From Octopus sinensis (taxonomy: Eukaryota), in NCBI RefSeq assembly GCF_006345805.1, contig NC_043022.1, positions 1,488,001-1,552,000 of the forward strand: a stretch of 64,000 nt of DNA, in the 5' to 3' direction. Positions 13,828-28,977 of the stretch are shown piece after piece. Within the stretch, counting starts at the first letter, position 1, and each line of letters opens with the position of its first letter. Below the pieces are notes generated by a model. That model was not told the origin of the DNA. It did no database searches and saw only the letters and a program-made list of their open reading frames with translations. Made by a program: the position numbers and the translations under genes.

Positions 13828-16692
13828 ACGCATCTAACTCATGTCCACACACTCAGTCATGTACATAGACACACACACACACACACACATACACACAACA
13901 CCAGTGAAATACTACCAGAGATTAGTCCCTGTTGGTTCAGTAATAAAAGTTGTGTGTTTCTCGGTTGATGATTGCCAAAACTGCAATTGACAGATGCAGA
14001 AGATGACTGCAGCAGTTTGGTTTTATGCTTTTATGAACAGAAAACGTATTAGAAACAACAAGGTTGGTGAATGTGTGTGTGTGTCGTAGCAGTAGTAGTA
14101 GTTGTGTGTATGTATCTATGAATATATATATATGTGTGTGTGTGTTTGGTGTGTATAATATATATATATATATATATATATAATGTATAGATTTATGTAT
14201 ATCTAGGTACATATGTGTGTGTGTGTACGTATATAATATATATATATAATATATATATATATATATAAATATACATACATATACATATATACATATCAGA
14301 TCTGACTGGCCTGTGCAGCCTTCGGGCTCCCCAGACAGTTGAACCGCCAACCCATTAGCATGGAAACGGACGCTAAATGATGATGATGATGATATATATA
14401 CATGCACACACATATATATCTATGTATGTATTTGTATATATATGTGTATGTGTGTGTGTATATATGCATGTATATATATGTATGTATGTTTTATGTATAT
14501 ATGATTGTATGCAAGTATGCATACATGCATATACATACGAAGGCTGAGTGTCAGTCGCATATATTTGGAATTGTGAGAAACTTCTTTCTAAATCGTTTTG
14601 AACTTTGAACTTTTATTATTTGAGTAATAAATTCATTCTCTGAACTTTCAATATGTCTGTCTCAATTCTATCTCACAGTTGCGTGGTAAGAAGTTTACTT
14701 CCCAACCACGGGCTTTTAGGTTCAGTCCCACAGCATGGCATCTTGGACAAGGGTCTCCTACGATAGCACTGGGCCCAGCCAAAACCTTGTAAATTGGTTT
14801 AGTAAACTTTTTTTTACATGATGTAATCAGTGTATTCATAAAAAAAAACATGTTTGAAACAGCTGTAGTGAAGCGCAACCCATTTGTGTTTTTCCTAAAT
14901 GAAAACTCTACATCTGTAGTGTATATTAATTTGTATATTAATGTGTATATTAATTTGTTCACGTGTGTGTATATGTAACTGTTAGGTCATGTCTGTATAT
15001 ACATTGATATATGTGTGTGTGTGTGTGTGTGTCTGTACATGATATATACATGGATATGCTAGTTCCGATTCTGATCTGGTGGTGTCCTCATAATTAAAAT
15101 ACTTTAATTCAAATGAATCAGACAAATATATATATATAGGCGTAGGAGTGGCTCTGTGGTAAGTAGCTTGCTAACCAACCACATGGTTCCGGTTTCAGTC
15201 CCACCGCGTGGCATCTTGGGCAAGTGTCTTCTGCTATAGCCCCGGGCCGACCAATGCCTTGTGAGTGGATTTGGTAGACGGAAACTGAAAGAAGCCTGTC
15301 GTATATATGTATATATTTATAAGTGGTTGTGTGTGTGTGTGTTTGTCCCCCTAGCATTGCTTGACAACCGATGCTGGTGTGTTTACGTCCCCGTCACTTA
15401 GCGGTTCGGCAAAAGAGACCGATTGAATAAGTACTGGGCTTACAAAGAATAAGTCCCGGGGTCGATTTGCTCGACTAAAGGTGGTGCTCCACCATGGCCG
15501 CAGTCAAATGACTGAAAGAAGTAAAAGAGTAAAAGAGTATATAGGGCGAGCTGGCAGAGTCGTTAGCATGCCAGGCAAAATGCTTTGCGGTATTTCGTCT
15601 GTCTTTATGTTTTGAGTTCAAATTGTACACAGTGCTATTGAATCAAGAGTTTTATTTAAAGTGACCTAAAAGTAGGGAATGTATTTGTATATACAAACTC
15701 TATACTTGGAATGACCAATTTTAAATACTATTGGATTTTACTCATAAGGTATTGGGATCTTATATGTATACCATTCTGCCTAAATAATGGATCTACAGAT
15801 ACAATATCCCTGCATATCTCACATCTATTTTCATTCCTCCACCTCACTCTCTATTTCGTATCCTATCTAAATTAACTATTGCTTAACCATCTTCTGACAC
15901 TGTCTCCAGTGAAGGGATATAATTAATAAATATCCTGGAAATAGCTGTAAGACCTTCTATTTATAAATGTTCTAAAATCTTCACAGCCTTGGCTTTTTAT
16001 CTCATTCTGAAAAAATTTTTTATGTATACACACACTATCTTGGACTCCTAATTTGCATAATCACCGAATCTGGAGTTTAACCATGGTCTATCCATACCAC
16101 TTACTCAGCATTACCTGACACCTTCGGGTCTGACTGACACCATGACCTCTCATAACCTATATAATATAATATATATATATAATATATATATAATATAATA
16201 TAATATATATATATTATAATGTACAAGCACTGTGATCTGGCTATGCCTAGGCGCTGAGGGAGCTTTCCTCTTTTGTCTGTTATTAAGATGAGTGCTTCTT
16301 GGGGCTATGAGTGCTTTGACTCTTATTTCTAGCAATACAGGTGCTGATTAGTGCCCTCAGTGACTATAGTGATGCATATATTTCTACCTTTAGGTTGTAA
16401 AATTGCAAATTAGCCACCCTTTTTATTCATATATATATTATATATATATATATATAGTATATATATGGCGTACATACCTCTCTCTTATATATATATATAT
16501 ATATTATATATATATATTATGGCGTACATACCTCTCTCTTATACATATATATATATATATGTATAATATATAATAGTTATGTATGTATGTATATTTATTT
16601 ATATATATATATGTATGTATGTATATTATATATATATATATATATCAGACAGTTTTGTTCTAACAAAAACTGTCTGATGAACGGAACGAGAA

Positions 16693-16738
<46 letters not shown>

Positions 16739-17015
16739 ATATATATATGTATATATGTGTATATGTATGTATAATTATATATGATATATATATATATATG
16801 TATGTATGTATGTATGTATATTTATTATATATATATATTATAGTATATGTATGTATGTTATGTATGTATTGTATATATGTATGTATGTATGTATGTATAT
16901 GTATATATATGTATGTATGTATGTATATTATATATATATGTATGTATGTATGTATATTATATATATGTATGTATGTAATTTATATATTATGTATGTATTA
17001 TGTATTTTATATATA

Positions 17016-17047
<32 letters not shown>

Positions 17048-17054
17048 GTATGTA

Positions 17055-17092
<38 letters not shown>

Positions 17093-18069
17093 GGAGGCGC
17101 AATGGCTTTGTGGATAGGGCAGCGGACTCACGGTCATAGGATCGCGGTTTCGATTCCCAGACCGGGGCGTTGTGAGTGTTTATTGAGCAAAAACACCTAA
17201 AAGGTCCACGAGGCTCCGGGAGGGAGTGGTGATCCCTGCTGTACTCTTTCACCACTCTTTCACCACTCTTTCTTCTGTTGGTCTGCTCGCTTAGCTAGCG
17301 GGGTGGCGTCATTCGAAGGCTAAAACAATGCGAACGCATTGTGACCAGCGATGTGTAACTACATCTGATGGACTGGTCGGTCACGTGATCACGTGATATA
17401 TATATATATATAACAAGGGCAATAAGAAGCACCAGCTTTGCTAAAAATAGGAGTAAAAAATACTCCGAAGCCACAAGAATTAGATGCAGTGTAGTTTAAA
17501 TTTCATTTGTTTTGTTTTTTTAAAGGGAGAGTTTCAGCTGCTATTTCTAGCAGGCTGGGTGATTGTTTGGAAGCATCGCACGAGTATGTTGGTCAGCAGA
17601 ATAGTGGGGTTTGGTGAAGGACAGCGGAGAGTTTCAGACCCTTTCTTTCAAATGCTAATGTACAAAACTCAAAGGATGAAAGATACCCAATAGATATTAG
17701 GGAGCGAGAGAGAGAGAAAGAGTGAATGGGAGAAAAAGAGAGTGAAGTAACAAAACATTATCATCATCATCATAATCCTAATTATTGTCATCATCCACAT
17801 TATCGTCATCATCATCATCATCATCAACAAAAACAGAAGATCAACAATTTCATGCAAGGGCAGCAACTAAATAAATACTGGTTTTTCTGATTATACATAG
17901 GTTTGGTTGGCCCGAGGCTATAGTAGAACACTTGCCCACAGTGCCACGCAGTGGGACTGAACCTAGAACCATGTGGTTGGTAAGCAAGCTACTTACACAC
18001 ACAGTCACTCCTGCACCTATATTAACTATTCCATCATAATGCATGTATGTATGTATGTATGTATATATA

Positions 18070-18114
<45 letters not shown>

Positions 18115-18329
18115 ATATATAATACCTGGCACAGGTATCACAACTAGAATTTCCATTTGATTTTTATTTTGATGTTGGTGTACTTGACTCAGTAGGTCTC
18201 CACAAGCACAGCAGACCATCCTGCGATCCAAGGTACTTTGGATGGGCTGGGGCTGCTATGTGAAGCTGGTGCAGGAAACAGCTATGAACCCATGAACTCA
18301 CGTTATTTTTTGGGTATTTGCAGTCACAG

Positions 18330-18360
<31 letters not shown>

Positions 18361-18951
18361 GAAATATTAAAATTACTAAGTCTCTCTAAAAGAGAACAGC
18401 GGCAGCGTTCCCGGAAAATAATAGTTATCGCCATACTAATATGGCATTCTTATAAAAATAAGAAAAAAGCTGTCCGCTTATTAGCTCCATGAGGCCATTG
18501 CCTTAATTAGCTATTTGATACACAAACTGTATCCATATAACCTTCGAACAAGGTTATATGGATACAGTTTGTGTATCAAATAGCTAACTTAAGGCGATGG
18601 CCTCATGGAGCTAATAAGCGGACAGCTTTTTTCTTATTTTTATAAGAATGCCATATTAGTATGGCGATAACTATTATATATATATATATATATGTATATG
18701 TATACATATATATATATCAATCAAAGGCAGCGAGCTGGCAGAATTGTTAGCATGTCGGGCGAAATGCTTAGCAGTATTTCGTCTGCCACTATGTTCTGAG
18801 TTCAAATTCCGCCAAGATTGACTTACCCTTTCATCCTTTCAGGGTCAATTAAATAAGTACCAGTTATGCACTGGGGTCGATGTAATCGATCTAATCCTTT
18901 TGTCTGTCCTTGTTTGTCCCCTCTATATTTAGTCCCCTGTGGGCAATGAAG

Positions 18952-18996
<45 letters not shown>

Positions 18997-19728
18997 AGGG
19001 GAAGTCAAAAATTATCTGCACTTTCGCTATAACATTTCTTTATTATTGTTGCACTGCCTTCTGCGCATGCATGCTTATAGTTGGTACTATTGTGGTCATG
19101 TGATTGAAGTTTAATCCTGATCATGCCATTTTTCTTTCTGGTCCTACAGTGTAAGTATGGCCGCTCCACTCTCAATGTGCACCAAAGAAGAACAAAGAAC
19201 AGTGATGCGATTTCTCTGGTCGGAAGGTGTGTCAGGTGCAGAAATTCATCAGGGGATTTTAGCACAATATGGGGACAGCGCACAACTACGCAGAAGTCTG
19301 TATGAGTGGATCGAGAAGTTTAAAAGTGGTCGGACAAGCATGATGGATGAAGAAGGGGCAGGGCACCGGACAACCTCTGCCACTGATGAGAATATTCAGC
19401 CAGCTTGTGAGATGGAACTGGTGAACCGATTCATCATTATCATTTCTTGGATCATTGGTCTTTGTTCTTCTTTGGTGCAAATTGCTAGGGGAGTGGCCAT
19501 GCTTAGACTGTAAAACCAGAAAGAAAAAAGGGTGCAATCAGGCGCAAACTGCAATCATGTGACCACAATAGTACCAACTATAAGCATGCATGTGCAGAAG
19601 GTGGTGTGATAATAATAAAGATATGTTATGGCGAAAGTGGAGATAATATTTAACTTACCATTGCATATATGTATATCAAGTTAAGGGGTAGAGAAAACAA
19701 ACACCCAAGAAGAGGTGTGTGTGTGTGT

Positions 19729-19765
<37 letters not shown>

Positions 19766-21164
19766 TATATTTGCATATAGGAAACAGTAAACAAATGACA
19801 AATCTATGGAAATAAATAAAACAAGCAAATTAAACAAACACAAAAGTATGTATATATATATATGTGTGTATATATATATATATATAAGAAATAAAAAATA
19901 AACAAACAAACTGAGAGTAGGAGGAAGAGGGAGGGGAAAGAGAGGCATGAATGAGAGAGAAGAGAGAGAGAAGGAGTGAGGATATTGTGCAGAGAAGAAA
20001 TGGAAGGAGTGAATGATGGTAAAAGATGCCAGCAATGTGAAACGTCCGTAAGCCATGGTGAAGTGCTGTGGTGTGAATGGTGAATGGTGACGGCGGTGCT
20101 GATGGTGGCGTGTTTGCATGCAGAAATCTGTGCATGTGTGTAAACGTATATGTATGTATGTGCATGTGCAAATACATTTATGTATATATTTGCACACGCA
20201 CATGCACTTTTAGATGTATGCACACTCATATACAAATTACATGCATTTACACACACACACATACACATACACACACACACACATATATATATACAGGGAT
20301 ACCCTTGGCATTAAGAAGGGCGACCAGCTGTAGAAACCATGCCAAATCATGCTGGAGTCAGGTGCAGCTCCCCAACTTGCCACCTCGGGTTACACCGTCC
20401 AACCCATGCCAGCCTGGACAACAGAATTAAATATTGATGGTATATGTGTGTGTGTTGTGTGTCTGTGTGTGTGTTGTATGTATGTATATATCTATATATA
20501 TATAAACGGCAGTTTGTCTGTCTGTGTGTCTGTGTGGCTGTCAGGTTGTACCCTCACCCTGACCACGGCTTTCAACCGATTCTGATGAAACTTGACACAC
20601 ACATAGCCCAATGTCATAATTCAAAACTAACGCAGCGAAAATTTTGAAAAGTTCCCCCAGTTCTGGAAAAAATCGATAAATTCGACATGGGGTCGAGAAT
20701 CTAAGCTTTTTATATGCAACACATTTTCTGTCGGGAGACAGCTAGGAACATCGTATACATAGAAGTATTCGAGTGAAGAGAAGACATTGCAACCTACACA
20801 TGCGCCTTCGTTCCCTAGAGGGAAAGAACTAGATTGGGATTAGTCGTTGCCTACTAGGGGCTCTTATATAGCCGGGCAACGCCGGGCTATGCTGCTAGTG
20901 TATATATAAACAGAGAAAAGGAAAAGATGAGAAAACACAGAACATTTGTTTTACATGACTAAAGAGTGTATTAGAGCCAGGACAATAAAGATTGTAAAAT
21001 ATCTTTATTGTCCTGGCTCTAATCAACTCTTAAGTCAGGTAAAACAAATGTTCTGTGTTTTCTCATCTTTTCTCTTTCTTTGTTATATCCACCAGGTGTG
21101 TTTCCCCCCACTGAAATATTTTCTACCTTTTATATGTGTGTGTGTGTGTGTGTGTGTATGAATG

Positions 21165-21226
<62 letters not shown>

Positions 21227-21270
21227 ATGTATGTATGTATGAATGAATGGATATATATATGTATGTATAT

Positions 21271-21310
<40 letters not shown>

Positions 21311-21507
21311 TGTGGTTAGGGAGCTTGCTTCCTAGCTACATGGTTTCGGGTTCAGTCCCACTGTGTGGCACTTTGAGTAGGTGTCTTCCACTATAGCCCC
21401 GAGCCGACCGGAGCTTTGTGATTGAATTCGGTAGGTGGAAGTTACTGCCGTGTGTGTATGTGTGCGTATAGCTGCTCAGTGCCTCTCCGAAAGAGAGAGA
21501 GGGAAAA

Positions 21508-21547
<40 letters not shown>

Positions 21548-24500
21548 GTGTGTGTGTGTGTGTGTGTGTGTGCAAGAAGTAGATGATGAAGTTGAAAATG
21601 GTCGTGGTGTGCATTAAGAAAGGTTTCTTCCTATAAACATTAAGACACTAATGAATGCATTAATGTTAAAGTAAAGAAATCTTATACATTCTCAATGCAT
21701 TTCCAGCTTCATTTATTTCTTATATTCTACATTATAGATGAGTAAGGCGCAGGAGTGACTGTGTGGTAAGTAGCTTGCTCCCCACCACATGGTTCCGGGT
21801 AAAGTCCCACTGGGTGGCACCTTGGGCAAGTGTCTTCTACTATGGCCTCGGGCCGACCAAAGCCTTGTGAGTGGATTTGGTAGACGGAAACTGAAAGAAG
21901 CCCGTCGTATATGTGTGTGTTTGTGTGTCTGTGTTTGTCCCCCTAGCATTGCTTGACAACCGATGCTGGTGTGTTTATATCCCCATCACTTAGCGGTTCG
22001 GCAAAAAGAGACCGATAGAATAAGTACTGGGCTTACAAAGAATAAGTCCCGGGGTCGAGTTGCTCGATTAAAGGCGGTGCTCCAGCATGGCCGCAGTCAA
22101 ATGACTGAAACAAGTAAAAGGGTAAAAGGGTAACCCTTTTTGCACACACACACACACACACACCTTGTGGGTAGTAAAGAAATAGGTATTTCGTCTGCCG
22201 CTATGTTCTGAGTTCAAATTCCACCGAGGTTGACTTTGCCTTTCATCCTTTCGGGGTCGATTAAATAAGTACCAGTTACGCACTGGGGTCAATATAATCA
22301 ACTTAACCCGTTTGTCTGTCCTTGTTTGTCCTCTCTGTGTTTAACTCCTTGTGGGTGGTAAAGAAATAAGTATTTCTTACTAGACTTCATAACTTTGCAT
22401 TGGTGTCGTTCTGAAGAAATCCTTTGATGTCATCCACATTGACCATGGCCAGTGGCCTAATTCTTGCTCCCAATGGTGATCTACCATTCACCAGTCTGTC
22501 TCCCCCTTCAAGAATGTATGTGAGGCTGTCTTTGAGGGCCAAGAAAGAGATTGGGGATGAATTGTGATATAGTGGTATTGAACCTGGTATTGAAAGGTGG
22601 CGAGCTGGCAGAAACGTTAGCGCGCCAGGCGAAATGCTTCGCGGCATTTCGTCAGCCGTTACGTTCTGAGTTCAAATTCCCCCGAGGTCGACTTTGCCTT
22701 TCATCCTTTCGGGGTCGATTAAATAAGTACCAGTTACGCACTGGGGTCGATATAATCGACTTAATCCATTTGTCTTTCCTTGTTTGTCCTCTCTGTATTT
22801 AGCCCCTTGTGGGTAGTAAAGAAATAGGTATTGAACCTGTGTATCCAGAACAGAATTTTCCTTGCAGTTGCTGCAGCTGGGCCTCCTATTTTCCTTTGTT
22901 GTCTTCATCAGCCACTAGAGGGCTCGCAGTTGACGTGGACAGTGTCTCCTTTGTGAATCTCTGTTTGTGAAACCAAACCTTGTTTTACATTCTATTGAAT
23001 TTGTTGTTAATTTCAAAGTGATTAACTGATTAATACAGGTCAAAGGTCATCTCAGATGACAGCTGACTGGAACTCATACATTCACAGCGACAACAATAAC
23101 AACAACAATGCGAAAAAAGTGGAAATAAAAATAACAACTACAACGACTACAGCTATGATACTACATAAAGGCAGTGCTCCAGCAGGGTCTTGCATGGTGG
23201 CTAAAACAAGCTAAGGAAGACATCATCATCATCATCAAATTATTTGTGTGAAATCTGCAAGCCATAAGTAAATTATTCAAAGGGTTTTTTTTTTTTTTAC
23301 ATGGGGTTGTTCTAAGTGCCAGTGGGAGTTTCACTGGAGTCCATTACTCTGGATGCATGGCCTAATGGTTAAGATGTTTGCTTTGCTATCACAGGGTCTT
23401 GGGTTCAATCTCACTGTGTGACATCTTGGTCAAATGTTTTTATTACAGTCTTGAGTTAACCCAAGCCTTGTAAATGAAAATGGGTTGAGAGGAGACTGCA
23501 AGGAAGCCTATTTGATGGATTGTATCTGTAATTGAAAGGTCCAGTTTTGTACAACACATGTCAGATGGGAGAATCCCCAAAGAACTGCTGTATGAAGAAT
23601 ACAGGATGGTATTTTTCTACAGGTGGGTCTCATTTCCCAATAGGCATCAGTTTGGTTGTTGTGCCAAGCACAACAATTACAACAGGAACAATTCTTCATC
23701 TCAGCATTCCACAATCTCCTCATCTCTCTCTGCCTAATTCTTGATCTTTCTCAATTCCTTTAATATCCATTCTGCCCTCATATGGTATTACAAAATCTTT
23801 CATTTTTACCTTGTTTACTTTCCTTTTTTCTACCCCTTCCTTTTTTTGTTTTGTTTTGCCCTCTATGATCATATCTGGTCTCCTTACTTTCATGGAAAAC
23901 CCCCTCAAAACCCTATAATTATTATCCCCCATTACAGCCTCTGGCCTGTGTTCGTAACCATTTCTTCTATCCTCTTGAATCCACATACTTGGCTGACATC
24001 CCAAAGCACCCTTATTATTATTACTACTACTACTACTACTACTACTATTATTATTATTATTGAGTGAGAGAGCAGTGCATGCCATCAAAGTGACACTGGG
24101 GTAAAATATACGAAGCCCAGTCTACCCATCTTGACTACCCGTCTGATAAGGGTACACTAGGCACATGCATCACAACCATATGTATGCACCATGGTGATCT
24201 CATATCAAGATAAACAGCACATGACCTTGCAGGTGGGGCCCAGTTAGAATTTTCTTCAGGTTGAGTAGCCCATCCCACTCAAAAGGTCTCTGAATAAGGG
24301 TTGTTTAAGGATGTTGAAAGAACCACCCATGTTTTCAGAGGTGAATTATTCAATCCCCCATAATCCCTCTCAACACATGGCTATGATGCTCCCCGGCTAC
24401 TTCTGCTCGTGATCAGAGATGCACATATCGTCAGCCACTAAGGGACATGCTCAACTGGTTATGGTCAAACAACTGACAAACAAATCTGTGGTATTGAGCA

Positions 24501-25025
24501 GAATATTTGCTGTAGCCCATCTTTTATACCAAGACAAAACAATGTACACGATACATTGTTTTGTCTATTATTATTATCATTATTATTATTATTTTCCTTA
24601 AGGCAGTGAGCTGAATCATTAGCACGCTGGGCAAAATGCTTAGCGGTATTTCATCTGTCTTTATGTTCTAAGTTCAAATTCCACTGAGGTCAACTTTGCC
24701 TTTCATCCTTTCGGGGTCGATAAATTAAGTACCAGTTGCATAGTGGGGTTGGTCTAATCGACTGGCCCCTCCCCAAAATTTCTGTACAAAGGATTATTGA
24801 GGTAGTGAGCTGGTTCAATCATTAGCATACAGGACACATTACTTAACAGTTTTTCAGCCATCTTTACATTCTGATTTCAAATTCTACTGTGATTGACTCT
24901 ACCTTTTAGTCTTTTGGGGGTTGATAAAATAAGTACCAGCTGAGTACTGGGGGTGGGGTGGGGGGGTGATGTACCTGATTAACTGTTTTCCCTGAATTTA
25001 CTGGCCTCATACCAAAATTTGAAAA

Positions 25026-25073
<48 letters not shown>

Positions 25074-27511
25074 GGCAGTGAGCTGGCAGAATCCTTAACA
25101 CACCAGGCAAAATGCTTAGCGGCAATTCGCCAATCCTTATGTTCTGAGTTCAAATTCCACTGAGGTTGACTTTGCCTTTCATCCTTTCAGAGTCAATAAA
25201 TTGAGTACCAGTGAAACACTGGGGTCGATGTAATCAACTAGTCCCCGTCCCCACAAATTTCAGGCCTTGTGTCTTTAGTAGGAAGGATTATTATTATTAG
25301 ATGAAACCTCACAGCTTATTTTGCTGGGTATGATGGAAAGGGGGTCAGGTGTCCACAGCCAGCAGACCGAGGTGACACTAGTTTACTGGTCATGCTTGAA
25401 GAACCCTGCGAAGAATTCTTGTAGTTCCAAGCAATGCTGGTTTTTGTAGGTGTTCTATATTCACCCTTGCACCGATCTTTTCCAACCATGTTGGTAGCTG
25501 AGTGGAGATACTTCCAAGTGCACCAATCACTACTGGTATCACGTCTACACTCTTCATTGACCACAACCTTCGTATTTCCTACTTCAAATCATCAGAGTTG
25601 TCCACTTTTTCTTCTTTCATTGATCTTCTCATCGGGACATGCTATGTCGATCACCATGCAAAAAATTATTGTTGTTGTTGTTATTTTTATTATTATTATT
25701 ATTATTATTTTCAAGTGAAGGCACATGGCTCAGTGGTTAGAGCATCGAGCTTACAATCGTGAAGTTGTGAGTTCGAATCCCGGACTGGGCTCATGTTGTG
25801 TTCTTGAGCAAGACACTTTATTTCACGTTGTTCCAGTTGACTCGGTTGTAGAAATGAGTTCTGGTGTCACTGGTGCTAAACTGTATCAGCCTTTGCCTTT
25901 TCCTTGGATAACATTGGTGGCGTGGAGACAGGAGGCTGGTATGGTTGGCTGACTGCTGGTCTTCCATAAACAACCTTGCCTGGACTTGTGCCTGGGAGGG
26001 TAACTTTCTAGATGCAATCCCATGGTCAGTCATGACCAAAGAGGGTCTCAGCTTATTATTATCATCGTTATTATTATAAAGTAATTCAAAATGATAAAAC
26101 AAGACAAGAAAATTTCAATGATGATAAAAAAGGTAAAAATAAATGAATAAAAGAACTTCTTTGCAGCTATATATATTTAAGTGAAGATAGGTCAGATGGT
26201 ATTGCACAACCACTGGTTAGCTGGTATGACATAGATATAACCAATGGTAAGATGGTATGGACAAAAGTACTGGTCAATTTGTGTAACACACACACTGGTT
26301 AGATGGTATGACAAAGCTACTTGTGAGATGGTATGGTGAAACCACAACCACAGATGGTATGAAAAAGCCACAATCACAGACAGTATGACAAAACCACTCA
26401 TCAGTTGGTATGACAAAACCACTTGTCAGATGGTATGGTGAAACCACAACCACAGATGGTATAACACATAACCACAAGCTAGATAATTGGATACGACAAC
26501 AGCCACAACCAATGGCTAGATGGTATGGCACACAGCCATAACCATTGGTTAGATGCTATGACCCCTAACCAGTAGTTAGATAGTATGACACAGCCACAAG
26601 CATTGGTCAGATGGTATGACACATATCACCACTGGTTAAATGGTAACACAGTCACAACCATTGACCTGGTGGTATGATATATTCTCGATAAGGGTTGGAT
26701 GGTATGATACAATCAGTGTTTAACTACATGGTATGACAAACCATAGACAAACAACCATTAGCTATAGTGGTATGACATGGAAACAACTACTACCAGTCAG
26801 ATGGCAGGGTGAACCAGAGAACCACTGGCAAAATGGCATGTGACTAGAATGGTGGTTCTAATAGTATGTGTCTGTGTCTTTGTGTGAGTGTTTGTGTGTT
26901 TCTCCATGTGAACGTGTGTATGTGTGTGACTGTGTGTGTGTGTCTGTGTGTATGGGAGTGATTGTGCACCTCCATGTGCACGCAAGTGTGTGTGGTGTGT
27001 GTGTGTGTGTGACTCCATGTGCATATGTGTATGTCTATGTGTTTGTGTGTATATGTGTGTAGGTGTTTGTGTGTGTATATGTGTGTGTATCTGTGTATGT
27101 GTGTAGGTGTTCATGTGTGTATATGTGTGTGTATGTGTGTAGGTGTTCGTGTGTGTATATGTGTGTGTATGTGTGTAGGTGTTCGTGTGTGTATGTGTGT
27201 AGGTGTTTGTGTGTGTATATGTGTGTGTATGTGTGTAGGTGTTTGTGTGTGTATATGTGTGTATCTGTGTATGTGTGTAGGTGTTTGTGTGTGTATATGT
27301 GTGTGTATCTGTGTATGTGTGTAGGTGTTTGTGTGTGTATATGTGTGTGACAGAGAGAGAGGCAGAGGGAGAAAATATGAAAGAGAATGATGAAACAGGA
27401 AGGAAAGAGATAGACATATACAGAGAGAATGAGAGTGAGAGAGAGAGAGAGAGAGAAAGACAGAGAAAGATAAAGAAGATGAGAGAGAGAGAAAGTAAGA
27501 GAAAGACAGAG

Positions 27512-27546
<35 letters not shown>

Positions 27547-28500
27547 AAGAAAAATCAACGTAAAAAGGAAAACCAAAAACAAAAGACAAAAAATATGGAC
27601 CATCAATCAAAGAGTGCATACCTCAGCCTCCTTTTGCTGTAGAAGTTTCTCTGTGTCCATGACGGCTTCGAAGTTGGGTGTAGAGTCCCGCTTCAGTTTG
27701 CTGGTGGTTGGGAAAAACACAGAGCTTTTAATGACAGCAATTAGATAGATATGTATATAGATGTATATATATCTATGAATGTATATGTATATATTTGTGT
27801 AGGTATAGGAAAGTGCATGTGTGTATTTGTGTGTGGGTAGGAATGTATATGTATTTATGTAATCATGTAGATACATACATCATGGGAAATGTATATATGT
27901 ATGATATGAATGACTATAATATAAATAATAAATATATATATATATACACACACATATACACATACATATATTATACATACATGTAGTAATACAATTATAT
28001 GTATGATATAAATATGTGTATATATATATATATATTTATGTGTGTATATTTGTATGTATATACACATATATACCTACATACACATATGTATATATATATG
28101 TATGTGTGTGTATATATATATATATACATATATTATATATATATATACACACACACGGCATGTATATCTTCATATATACGTAAGTAAATATATATATGTG
28201 TGTGTATACATTAGTGTGTGTGTGTATGTATACGCACGCACACACGCACACACACACACATATATTTATTTATTTATGTACATATTGACTACACACACTA
28301 AAATAGACAGAGTACGGTGAACATACCATGGAAGTAGAAAAATCCCAAAATTTTGGACAGAATCCCTTTTTCCTGAAGAACCACTGTCTGGAACATTCCA
28401 CAACCCATGGAAGATTCACTCACCTCTGTTGGCCCATTTTAGTATATATAGCACCCATGACAACATGGAACATAGATGTTTAATGATGATGATATATACA

Positions 28501-28539
<39 letters not shown>

Positions 28540-28755
28540 GTATGCACACACATACATCTATATATACATACATCTATATTTACATATACATACATATATA
28601 TATAAATATACATTCATTTATATATACATATGTATATATCTATATATACATACATACACAAATATATACACACACACAAATATATATACATATATAAATG
28701 TATATATATAGACATACACACATAAATACATACATATATATATATATACATAGAG

Positions 28756-28804
<49 letters not shown>

Positions 28805-28866
28805 AAATATATATATACAAACATTATATATATATATGCATATATATATATATATATTTATTTATA

Positions 28867-28903
<37 letters not shown>

Positions 28904-28942
28904 TATATGCATATATATATATATATTTATATACATACATAC

Positions 28943-28977
<35 letters not shown>

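Noticed and set aside
14815-14872. Further hammerhead-like remnants (also near 5060, 8895, 16670, 41300 and 63710)
   Set aside because: Core nucleotides are mutated or truncated, so they are too degenerate to call individually.
22886-22960. Possible minus-strand terminal exon [24 protein letters not shown]
   Set aside because: The sequence is better explained as the antisense of an RTE LINE 3' end, and the pyrimidine tract is weak.
26193-26805. CRISPR-like regularly spaced motif
   Set aside because: The context is eukaryotic, the spacers are related to each other, and there are no cas genes. It is a degenerate tandem repeat.
28428-28440. Strong minus-strand donor AG|gtgagt
   Set aside because: There is no credible upstream acceptor or exon, and the adjacent sequence is repeat-derived.
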